Shown: piece after piece, positions 25,429-37,328 of the stretch
Numbering within the stretch: the stretch's first letter is position 1
How the letters are laid out: each line of letters starts with the position of its first letter
NCBI GenBank assembly: GCA_973895155.1
Contig: OZ316899.1
Location: 16,395,974-16,459,973 of the forward strand
DNA: 64,000 nt
Source: Marsupella aquatica
Taxonomy: Eukaryota; Plantae; Marchantiophyta
Direction of reading: 5' to 3'
Program-made: the position numbers and the translations under genes
The notes under the pieces: generated by a model
What the model was told of the DNA's origin: nothing
Database searches by the model: none
Seen by the model: the letters and a program-made list of their open reading frames with translations, nothing else

Positions 25429-26763
25429 TGTTCTTCCAGTAAGCTTCTTTATCCTTTCAAGTGTTGTTCACAATTCTGGGTTCTTGCTCTCTTATCTCCT
25501 AAACTTATATTTTGATCCGTTTTACTGGATCAGGTCAGAATGGAATCTGAGGAAGCGTTTCCAACTCCGGAGGAGACTAGCTAGGAATGTAATTGTCACT
25601 CTTGAGAAGCCGTTTGTTTTGCCCTCATACGCTGAAAATGCCGCTAGGAGGGTTGACAAAATTAGAACGCTTTGTTGGGAAACAAAAGGTCTACGTCTTC
25701 AAAGGGGAGCAGACAGGAAGTTCATGAGGAACCCTTATATAGATGATGTTTCCCAAAGCAAGTACATTGATGACGAAGTCGAGTCCACGGACAGATCTGA
25801 GAGCTCCGCATCAGAAACATCTGGTAGTTTATAGTTAGCAATGGGGTTTTCCTAGAATACGTCGTTTAATGATTCAATATGTAAGAATTTCGATTAATTG
25901 GCTGATTTTAAGCCCTTTTAACTTTTACTAGCGCCAGGCGCTCCTGAAACATACTGTCTTTATTATATTTTTATTTCAGATTCTTGAAGTTTGAGTTATG
26001 AAGACGTTTTCTCAGGTGCAATATTGGCTAGCGCCGGGCGCTTCCCAATTTTCTAAAGGTTCTTGGGTGTGGATTCTTTCCGGGCTGTGGTTGCATAAAT
26101 GTTTTGTTTTCCGTCTGATTTTGTGGTATTAGGTGAACTGGCGGGAACAGTTGTGGGTCTTTGCAGCTACATGTCTTCTGGAAAGACCCTGATTGGGAGG
26201 AGGCTGGAATAGACGATGGTTGTCAACTGGGATTACTGTAGTAGCTCCACGCGCTACTGAAAGGTTTTGGTTAATTATAATTGACTTAAATAGCTTTCTG
26301 AGATCGAACATTTCATAACCCCCTTCATTAAATATCCTCCGAGAGTGCAATTGGTACAAATTATAGACTCTTCACAGCGCCCGGCGCTAGCAATAATCGT
26401 GGAGAGTTCCTACAGCTAGAAGTTTCTTATATTTACTCCTGTTTGTCTTTTAAAAAAACCTCACCTTTGGCGTTATTTTTACCAGCGCCGGGTGCTACTA
26501 GAGAAAAATTTCAAAAGTTTGAGACTAGAATTTTCCTGTTACCAGTTTTTTTGCCTGTTACCAGTTTCTGTTTTGAATACCTGTTTCCTGTTTTCCTGCC
26601 TTTTGTAAACACCTCCCAGGCAGCAGGAAACAACAATCCGCCAACAGTAAAATAAGTCCAACTGCCACCAACCATAACAAGGTACATTAGTTCAAAGATC
26701 ACATTTATTTCAATGATGTGATTTATACAAAAAAACTTGTGTCCAAACTGATGCTACTACTCC

Positions 26764-27450
26764 TCACTCTGATTCAGAATCGCTAATGACCCATTCCTCA
26801 CTTGTTGTCTCATAGTCCTCTCTGTAAGTATCCTGACCCTTCCGTGGCCAGGCCTCAAAAAGATCATAGTCCATTGCGTTTTGACGCTTCCCAGCTGCTA
26901 CTGATTCCACAAGCCAAGCATATGAAATCACAAACACATTATGGGACATGACATAAAAGTGAATGTCTCCCTTCCCAAACTTGCGGTCGGCTTTGGGATA
27001 CGACTTAGTAATGACATGAGTGGTGTCCTCTGTCATATTCTCCTCCACTGTCCCACCTAGGTCAAGCACTGTGGACTTGTACACTTTGCACTTAACCTCT
27101 CCAATTCCCGCCTCCACAAATACCATGCTCAGCCCTTTCAGAATGGGGGTTGGTTGCTTCATCTCCTCAGCCAACATACTCTTCAGCCTTCTTGAGCTCT
27201 GTCCTTTGTTGAGTACAGGTCCATATTGGACATTAGCAAGCCGTGCCTTTGCTTCCCAGACTTCTTGTTCAGCCCAAGCTGATGCAGTAGCTTCTTCATC
27301 CTCCCACAGTTTGTATTGCTCAGTATCCTCTACAATCTGATGTGCTATGGAATTTGTGATCCAAGAGGCATCAACTACTTTTAGGCCTTGCTTAGTAATT
27401 GCAGAATTCATGTAGGACCATGACCACTTCTTTATCACTGATAGCCATGT
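26764..27450 (-). CDS. Tandem BRCT-domain coding exon carried by the CACTA family
   Basis: LKGLSMVFV...LGGTVEENMTEDTTHVIT...VISYAWLVESVAAGKR and VVDASWITNSI. The 3' end recurs in copy B at 63960-64000. Confidence 0.75.
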   Translation of the reverse strand, partial: TWLSVIKKWSWSYMNSAITKQGLKVVDASWITNSIAHQIVEDTEQYKLWEDEEATASAWAEQEVWEAKARLANVQYGPVLNKGQSSRRLKSMLAEEMKQPTPILKGLSMVFVEAGIGEVKCKVYKSTVLDLGGTVEENMTEDTTHVITKSYPKADRKFGKGDIHFYVMSHNVFVISYAWLVESVAAGKRQNAMDYDLFEAWPRKGQDTYREDYETTSEEWVISDSESE

Positions 27451-28315
27451 CCCTGCAACAACATGTGTACGTAGTCTCTCGAGTGATGTCCTAAACTACA
27501 GTGCCATGGAGATCAGAGAATTGTTTCTGTACAGTTGGCCAATGCACTTTGGTCAACCCATGCTGACCATGGACCAAAATGGCTCTGACCCCTCTAAACA
27601 CTGCTGGGTGGTCACACTTTCTACGTTTCCCAGGCTCCATGTACACACACCCTACGTGATCATAGTGAATTTTGGAAGAATGGGTTCACCTGACAATACA
27701 AGGACAACAAAATTCCTGCTTTTTGAGTTGATTCGGCCCACTGGTGCTCAAGTCCGATTTTGATAGGTATAGGGGATATGTGAACAATACGTACTAGGCA
27801 CCTACACGGATGCAGGACATTGTTTGAATATATACTACAAAATCCATATCGAAGGTGAAATGAAGTGCAACCAACTTGTCATGGCACATACATATTTTGT
27901 TGTAAAGGAGGATACATTCAAATGAATGACAAACTTATAGGGCAATTTGATTAATTGCATGCCTGATAATTTATACGCTTACAACTTTGAAGTCCTGTTT
28001 TAATTTAGCAGTCTGATGAGAGTGTTTATGAAAATGACCACTCAACCTAAATACTTCCAAGAAGGCTTGTAAGGATAAGTTTTTATAGGCATGTACCCAG
28101 CCACTGACGCCAGAGCACAAGATAAGTGTTGCCTATATAAACTCGCCTACCCAACTCCTTTTCAAAATTGGAATCTCTGCAATCTCCAAAAATAGTACAT
28201 CCACATCAGGTGCACTGTGCATGTACAATGTTTAGCTTCACAGCAAAGATATGTGATCTCTCATAGGAGTGCGCAAGGTAGGATCAATGGTATGGTGATG
28301 ACAATAAAATATCCA

Positions 28316-28898
28316 TCAATCAACACCATGTGTAGAGTGATCATAGATTTCTCTGTCACAAGCATAACCCTTTGCTTGACAATCTTTCAAGCAATGATAG
28401 TGCCACATAGTGGGACACCTAGCATAGTGGACTATGTCAGTCCAGTAGTCATCATCATGCTCACCACATGCCTTGCACCTATGAAGTGGGCAAGCTGTGG
28501 CATGAGCAGGCAAACACTCAAAACAGAAAAATCTCACACAAAAACGGTTTGGACATTTCCTAACATTTGCTGTAGCATCAACAAAGCCCTCATAGGACCC
28601 CAACTTCCCACACTGTGCCTGCTTCTCCAAACAATTAGTCTCCCTGGTGTGTTGACAGGAGGCCCACCCCTGGACAGTTGTTTTCTGCAGCAAGGTCAGA
28701 CTCCGGGTTGAGGTGGAAATGCCTCATGCAAGGGCCCTCACAAATGACCAGACCCCCACCATCGTCACAAATGGCACAACAATGAGCTGCCTTCTGGAAA
28801 ATCTTACTTGCAGAGAAGTTAGTAACATATGCCCCAAGTACACCTGTGTTTCTCACCTCTGTCACACGCTTTTTGGCTTGAATTTTAGGGCGTGCCAT
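28316..28898 (-). pseudogene. EDM2/NSD-type tandem PHD finger region, frameshifted
   Basis: CAICDDGGGLVICEGPCMRHFH; CGKLGS...KCPNRFC; ACPLHRCKAC; RCPTMWHYHCL. Confidence 0.75.
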
Positions 28899-31643
28899 GC
28901 CTACGCATGAGATAGACTCTACAATTTAGCAGACTGCACATAAAGTAAAATATATTTAGCATTTAAGGTACAAAGGCATTTGCTATTGCAATGAATAGGA
29001 ATGGTCACACAAGGATGCAGAGCAGACATACTGTTGGTATGTTGAGCCCACACACAAAACTGATCCCCTAATACAATTGCTCCACCAACACCTCAATTTT
29101 AATTGTGGCTATGATTCACCAAAGGAGATCTGCAACAACATTTCATGCATTTGAATCACATACAATAGTCGTCACATGTATTGGTAAGGATTGGTATGAA
29201 GCAGTGTGATAAGGGTTTAAATTTATACATCCTAAATAGGCTATGATAGTGGCTGAGACAAATAAGTCAGGCATAAATTACATTTTGCAGGTTATCACAT
29301 GGCCCATTAATTCATTGAACGTTGCAATGTTCACCAGGTTAAATAAGTCATGAAAGCAATCTTTGAATAGAGACTTTTAAGTGAGTTTGCTAGCCTCTTA
29401 AATTAGGATATTTTGCTTAGTGCAGGCATAATAGGATAAGTTATGAACTGTTGACCCTAAACCCTGGACCCAAAATTGCTCATACATCAAAATTTTAAGT
29501 AAATATCCTCTGTGTTGAAGTCAGAGTGTTAAGCTATAGGTCAATGGTCTCTGGTCTGTGCATGCGGTGTAACAAGTGGTCCTCTAGAGCATGTGATCCA
29601 AACATGTGTAGACACCAAAGTCACCAGTGGTGGGGTCTGGGAGGGCAGGACAAGTGACATCACTAGGCACACTACAGGATGGCGAGTGGTTCTAGATGAT
29701 ACATTGTGCTGTGTGCAAATATTGACATCCAAGAGAACGGTCATCCAACTCTGGGCCAAAAGCCCTACAGGCAGGACAGTCATATTGGCAACTGTGCACA
29801 CACCCTTGGCACCTAATTTGTGGCGGGTCATGTACAAGAGACACAAATACCAAGGATGTCGGGAAGGGTACTTAAGCAGGTAGAGGCCGGCTGTAGTTGT
29901 TCTTGGCAACAACAGGGTACTCAAAGTACCATGCAGACTGGGCTGGAAGGATCCCAAGTCTGACATACTCTAGGCACAACATCTCTGCCTTGCGTGCAAG
30001 CCGCACATGTTCAGCGTTGCGGGTCCTCACCATAAGTGTTGCTTTTGTTGTGATGTCCTCGATCTGTTCACGTCCTTTGATGAGCAAGGCGAGCAGGAGG
30101 TCGACTTGCCTCGCCAACAGCAACCAACCTAAACTTATCAATTCCCACTCACTGTCTTGGTTCCAACTACAGGTCACAGTATACACATAGCATGAAACGT
30201 GCAATAGTACATATTTGATGCTGAGTTTCTGAGTTTCCTAAGACAAAGAGCTTGCTGATAAACCCATGTTCTTGATGGACATGTATATCAATCATATTTA
30301 AATCCTGTTTTTTCATCCAAAAATATCGAAAGTCTCAGTCACCTTGCAGGTTGCAGCAGAGTGGAAATTGACTGGCTATGAACCTCCACTGATGTGAACC
30401 TCCACTGATGTTGTGCAAGTGAACCTCCACTGATGCCCCCGGTGTAGCCCCTCAGATGCAGGTGACACTTAGCAACTCCCAAGTTGCCTGGTCTAACAGA
30501 AAATGGTTATATATTTAGAACTTTATAGAGCAAGTACATGATCACATGGCAGTACTCGATGGCCCAGTTGAAGGCAAAACAGACTACAACATTTAGAAAG
30601 AGTCGACTCTACAATTGCTTGTCCTTATCAAAATGCAGCACACATACTTCTGGAACCATTCAGATTTGGCCTTGCCATTTTGTTGCCTCCAAGCTCAATT
30701 CATCCATGTCCTACTTGAAGGCAAAACAGACAAAAATAGAGCAAAACCACTAACCAAGTAGTGTTTGACCATAGGGATAACAAATTGAAATAGAGAGAAG
30801 GCTGGCAGCCCAAGCCGATAGTCTTCCATAGGGGAGAGAGTATGATTGAGAAAATGAAGAACATGTAGTTCTTACGCAAAAAACTCAGTGACAGCAAACA
30901 AATTCACTAGCCAGAAGGAGTGAAAAGCAAATGAGTACCAAGCCAACCAAGTAAGACTGACTATGAAATGCAAGTGATGTCATTACAACCAAAACAATAC
31001 AAGAAAGCACTTGGGCAACAGTAATACAAAATTGTAGAGGAATTATATCATGCGACAGATAGTACTCGGTTCTACCTGAGGTGTACAGTCATACTCCCCT
31101 TAGGTAGAATGTGTAATATGCAATTACATACACATAACAATCCCTAAGAAAGCAGACAACAGTTCCTAGCAGACAACAGTTCTTGTTGCGTGTCTCAGGC
31201 TGAATTTTACTTTCCAGACTCGAGAGTTGTGAAGGCGTAGTTTTAGTAACCTTCCTCTAACTCGACTTGGGAGCATTCAACCTATCTGCTAGCTTGTAGT
31301 TACCTTTGATTCCTGTCAGCTTTGTTGACAACCCTCTTGAGATATAAACAATTAGAACAAACACAAGACAAATTCCACTGGAGCAAAAGTCCGAATGAGG
31401 TGAATGAAAACCTAATGAGAGAAAATAGTCACGAAACTAAGAAGGCAAGCGTTATCCCCAATTTTGTGTTCTTTACTCTCCGCCTCTCTACACTTTTGTT
31501 AGGTCACAACAAGTGTTCTCCCAAAGAGTCCTTCCTGTCCCCTGTATTGAGTACGTACTTATCCTTCGCTGTCCAGGAAGTTTCTGAGAAAGTTGGAGAA
31601 GGTGAAGAAGTCTCATGGAAAGATCTAATAATGTGTCTACCAC

Positions 31644-31710
31644 ATCTTCAAAAAGAAGCCCACCACAATTAAGAACTTTGGTATCTGGGTGAGGTATCGG
31701 AGTCATACAG
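31644..31710 (+). pseudogene. RPL18A: Captured 60S ribosomal protein L18a (eL20) fragment, 5' part
   Basis: IFKKKPTTIKNFGIWVRYRSHT joins in frame to GYHSMYKEY at 42040 once MULE copy 2 and one TSD are removed. Confidence 0.85.
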
Positions 31711-32383
31711 GGGGTATGGCCACCAAGACAAGAAACAGGAAAACAGGAATTCTGGTAGCAGATTTTTTTTGCTGTTATTAGGAATAGGTTGCTGTTACCA
31801 GGAAAAGTTAGTCATTGGAATAGGATAATACTTCATTACTTCAAGCCAGATACATCTGAAAAAAAGCAATATGCATTACGCTTCATTTACATTCTAGAGC
31901 TTAGAACCAACTAACAGGGCAATAATTGTTGTCTGATGATAAGTGAGTCCGGAATCACCAACATACTTCTGGAAAATAGTGTCCCAAAAACCACAGACAC
32001 ACAAACATTTACCAGTGAATGCCATGGGAAAAAACATTGACATGGTCGGTCCCACCATAAGTAACATAATATTATAGGCCAACAATAAGGCAGAAAACCA
32101 AAAATGAAAACTCTGGACAATTTGAAAGACCACCGGCGATGGGCTAGCGCCTGGCGCTAGCTAAAATGGAAACAACCAACCCATTTAGAAAATGACATTG
32201 GATGAATGCATAATGTGGGAAACAAAAATTTAAAATATCATTTGTAGTGATAGGATTACAATGAAGTAAATGATAATAAGGAAGACTTCCATCCCAACGC
32301 CAGGCGCTAACATAAAACTATACCGTTGTAATACGACAAAAACTAATATAACTGTTTCAAGTATAGGACAAATATATCCTTCT

Positions 32384-35300
32384 CTATAAACCATGAGCAT
32401 TCTCCCTCTCCAAGATCAGTCGGACTTCTCCAACTGTGAGAATTGGTTGGCTGGTCAAAGTAGATTCCTCAATGTCTAGTTTGAAAACGGTTTGGAAAAC
32501 CCAGTACAAATGTTTGCAAGGCATATATGGATGTCTGCAAGAATGTCGACGATAGAAATCCTCACAAGAACAAGTCGGGAAAATACAAATCTGCACAAAG
32601 TAACTATTCGGCGTCCTTAGATTCTCATGTGTTTGTACTTTGAATTGCTTCCCCCATGAGTTCCCAATAGAAACATCCCACTGTCCCTGGACGGACATGG
32701 TCTCTTTTCTTGCAGATTCAATCCTCTTCATGTGACCATGGGTCAAGGTCGATTGAGGAACCGTGTTCTTTCCATTCCGACTTTGGAGACGAACAGTGGG
32801 TTCCAAAAGATTCACTCTCTCTGGAAATAAGTTTACGTTGATTTGAAGCTTGAAAAGTGATGGTGGAGGTAGAGGACCGTCTCTTCCTCGAGCTATAGGT
32901 ATTCCCTGGTCAACAAGATACTTCATCTCAGCTTTCAAAACATTTGTTCCTTTTATAACAGGAAGAACATCAGGCACGGAGGGCAGGTTCACTACACCAC
33001 GGCGGGGACGGCCCCGATACCATGTGTTGTTTGGGTAGAACCATATCATTTCGGATATGGGTTCCCCCCTGAACATGCGTTGTCCTTTGACAACAATTTC
33101 AATGACACCGTTTGATGAGGGGAACCCAACTTTCTTCACTCTATTTCGACACTCATCTCTCTCGGAACTACCGCCAAATGACGCGTTGCACTGTGGACCG
33201 GCCCCAAATCTTGATGTCCGACGCAGATGCCATGAACCCTGCATGACTTCTGTTTCAAGAACTGGAGATTGGAGCAATGTCTGCTGAAGTACAGTGGGGG
33301 CACTTTGTGGGTATTGTGTTGAACGTGATTGATGTCGACTCTGCGGTGTACTTAAATCATCACGATCTACATCCCTCAAATCATCACTTCCTGAGAGATT
33401 GACAACAGAAATGTCATCAGGTTTTTCTTCCGATACGGAAGCAAACATTGTGTGGTGCAGATTTTTATGCTTGATTGATCTGGTATTTGGCGATGTGATA
33501 AGGACTTTATCATGCCGGTGGGAGTCTTGTGGCGAGACAATCCCAGTTGCAGGTCCTTTCCTCTTGACAGACTTTGTTAGAACATCTCCGTTGAGAGGAA
33601 TGCTTCTCTCCAAGTCAAACTCAGCTGCATTGGAGAGGAGCATGTTCATCGCATCCTCGAACAACTTTGGGGAACCTGCCTGGTCAGCTGAATGGAAAGC
33701 CAGTTCCCATATTGTAGGACCTCTTCCTCTACTCAATCCTTTCCGATATGCGGTATATGCTGCAACTTGCGATATAGCTCAATTCTGATCCATTTCACAT
33801 GCCTCAAAGAGCCCAACTTTTTTTTTCATTACCCATGCTTTCATTCCTGCGTGAACAGACTCTCACCCGGTACAGTTAGGAATCCTAGCGCCTTCTTCAA
33901 CACTTTTGTCCTGGAACGACAAAGCATAAACACTAGTAAGAATCCGCAAAACATACTAGCGCCAGGCGCTAGGCAGAACATTTTGACAAAACCATCAATA
34001 TTATTGTGTAATCACATGTTTATGAAAATAAACAGGTCAATATTTGAGAATCAATTACATTATTTGGATTCTTTGGATGGAATGTTGAGGAATGTCATCT
34101 GAAAAATGTACTTCTACAAAGCAATTTGACTTGCATATTACTAGCACCAGGCGCTATTACTCACCAAGCGAATAAAATTTCCCCACTGCCTCCAACGCAC
34201 GACCCACCACAATATCCAACTCTGAAGCATTCGGAGCTTTCCAGGTAAGCAGTTACCCGACTGCCACCATAGGTCAATCTCTCTTGAAAGTCGGTAAGCC
34301 GCTACAAATGTCGGTGCGTTCCGTAATTTATCCCATAGCATTCAATGTTCCGCCTGCTTCTCTTCCAACACTCCTTCAACAGAATGGCGATGAAAAGCTT
34401 GGTAAAAATGAAAAGCTTCCGTCCTCTCCCGTTCAGGGTTTGGGTGCCCTCCAAAAAAAATGTTTCGGATTGCTAACCATCCGGCTTGGGCATTGTCTGC
34501 CATGAAGCCATGAATGGTTGGATTATCTAACCCATTCTCTTTGGAAACCTCAATCATTAATCTCCAAGCCTTCTCGAACGACGCCGTGTCCTCAGCTTTT
34601 AGCTTGCAAGTAAATATTGTACACAATGCGCGGTAATTGTGATCGTAAACGTGTGCGCTGAAAGTCACCCAATCCTTGGTCATTTGTTTCATGACATCGA
34701 AGCTTACCCAGGCACCTTGAAGCATCCCTCCAGGTTGCATTTGCCGCAAAAGATCCACCCCAGACCCATGGCCTTTGGAAGTCATCTTAAATATGTGAGG
34801 TCTGTCTTCTTGAGATCCTTGACCTGGAAGGATGTACCTATGTAGAAAATGCATGTTGATATCCTTTTGATATCGAACAAGAAAATCCAACTCTCCACGG
34901 CCTTTCTGGTCCTGCCTAACACTCTTGAAAAGAGATGCAAACTTCTGTGGAGTAGAAACTACCATTAGAGACTGGAAAATCTCTGTCTCTTTGATATCTT
35001 CAATCTCACCCAGGCTCTCACACAAAGACTGTACAAAAGATCTTGTCGCTACATTTTTAATCCCGGCAGGCGTCCAAGTCGGATTGCCTTCCAATTTCTT
35101 TTTTATGACATCTTCAACTACCTTTTCCGCACTCCGGGAAAATACCTTACGACGAGGATGGTTGTGGGTGCCCATATGAATCGCAAGGCGAGACATGTGA
35201 CTACAGGTATCTGAGTCAAGCAGAACTTGAGGATACATATAAAATAGTCTTGCAGAGCATGCCTCTACACAAAAAGGGAGTTGCTGGCAATAATGACAAA

Positions 35301-36149
35301 CAACTCCACCCTGCTCAATGAACGATCCAACACGGTGAGAGCCTCCAAGTTTTGGGGTACCAGCCCATGCCTTTGCATTCCTCCTCTTCTTTCGGCGGAA
35401 ATAGTCACAAGTTTTATTCCTGCACTCAATAAATCCAGTACAAGTGACTTTACCGAATTCCCAGTATTTCTTGGGCTGCACGTTTGCAGTGGTAGGAAAT
35501 ATTCTAGTCTAGATGTAGCAATCCTTGGTTCGGTCCATGTCCCGTAGACGGGATCCTTTTGAAAGAATTCCTGACGATGGAGGCAACTCAAACACTACGT
35601 TTCCATTGTACTTCGGAGGCAAACAAGGTACTTGTTCATGCTGGAAGTTTCCAGCCAAAATGAACCTCGAAAGTTCGCTGGACCCAGTTGACTTGAGCAG
35701 CGCGTCCATTGCACTTCTCCGGTATACAATATGGATTGCGACGATGGCATCTCCTCTTTGACCAAGACCACGTTAGGCGCCGAAGGCTCCACGAAGGGGA
35801 TCCTTGGTGGCTCCTCATCATCACTATCGGAAAGAGCAACTACATCCACCGGATCCCTCTGAGGGGATTGCCGATCTCCTTGATTTGGTTCCCGAACGAC
35901 AATGGAGTAGCGCAACCCAACATTAAGGTGCCAAAATCTCACCCCGTCATTGACATCAAAAAGTGTGACAGATTCAAAGTCATTGGCTTCCGTTCCCTCC
36001 TGAACGATTGCCTCTATGTCATTCATGCGCAAATCAAACCTTCCACAAAGATAAACCTCACTTATTTGCCTATACCTTTCGGCCACAGACACTGGAATGG
36101 AAACAATGTCACCGGTGGACATACGGGTAACTACGATTGACTGAGACAT
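32384..36149 (-). pseudogene. GCM-DDE-SWIM transposase, copy 2
   Basis: ORFs 34342-35481 and 32384-33736 carry the same motifs, with lesions at positions different from copy 1. Confidence 0.85.
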
Positions 36150-37328
36150 CACAGAAGCCTCAGAAGCGAATGAGAGCAGGAAAATTATGAATCAAAATTC
36201 CACCGACAAGGACTGTTATTGATCCTGACTAACAGTTCCCTAAAGCCGTTATAATAAGACAATCCTCTGACACCATAAATGTGTTTTGTCGTTATATCAA
36301 CGTCATTTACGATCAACGACATTAACGATAAACGTCATTTAGGAAGAACCCTTTTGTTCTAGAAATATCAGATGATGAATAGCGCCAGGCGCTATTAAAA
36401 ACATTGTAGAAGTAGAGGTCCATGCAGAGTCAATTTATGTTTAGCGCCTGGCGCTATTCATAACAATCCAAAAGGTTGGGGTCCATCTAACGTCAATTTA
36501 TGTGTAGCGCCAGGCGCTAATAAAAGCAAATGACATAAAACAAATTCCTAACGGAGACCCTGGATGATTAGCACCAGGCGCTAATATTGATATCATTCAT
36601 ATTATGAACGTATACAATGGTAAAAACTACAAGTATGAGGCTTCAAAAAGATGAAAAGGCTTTGTTTTTTGCTAGCGCTAGTTTTCTTTTATATCATAAA
36701 TACGAGAAAACTAGATTTTGGGGAAAGTAATGGCATATTAGCGCCTCTTATGGCTCTATATTGAATTCCCAATTGACATAAAAATTAAAGATTTTAGGCC
36801 TTGGAAATTACTAGCGCTGGGCGCTACTATTTGGTGAGTAAAAATTAATTCTATATATTCTCAGGTTTTCCTTTCAACGGTCATATTCAACGGTAACTAT
36901 AGGTTGCGTGACCCTCAATACATCAATCCCTTTATGTGTTGTCGAATAAGATAACGACATGTGTCATAGATCCAGGCCAGGAGTTCAGTTTCCTTAGCGT
37001 ATATGTCATGCTCTGTGCTCTAGATTCTTCTTATTTCCCATGTTAAGTACAGTACGATCAAAGCTGTGTGACGGGTTTTTGCCGTTTGCTGTACGGAAAG
37101 AGCCCGGTGGTTGTCAGTGCTTCCTTCGCCCTTGTGCAAGCAATGGACCCTGCCTTATCCTCCTCTCAATGCTTTAGTGGAAACGGACACAAAGAGGTCG
37201 TTCCCTCGCAAACATCTGAGTGCTCATTTTCAGGATCTATGTATAGTCGTTGAGTGACTCGATCCACTACTTCGCGAGCCCCTGAAGCACAACCCGCTGT
37301 ATCGTTCCCGAATAGCAAGAGAGGGAAG

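Larger units (their letters stand above)
16342..26615. mobile_element. Mutator-like element copy 1 (10,274 bp), transposase plus ParB-MTase-like gene
   Basis: Ends GGGGTAT... / ...ACACCTC; imperfect TIRs share CAGGAAACAGG; TSD CCAGGCA at 16335-16341 and 26616-26622; empty site at ~63821-63850. Confidence 0.92.
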
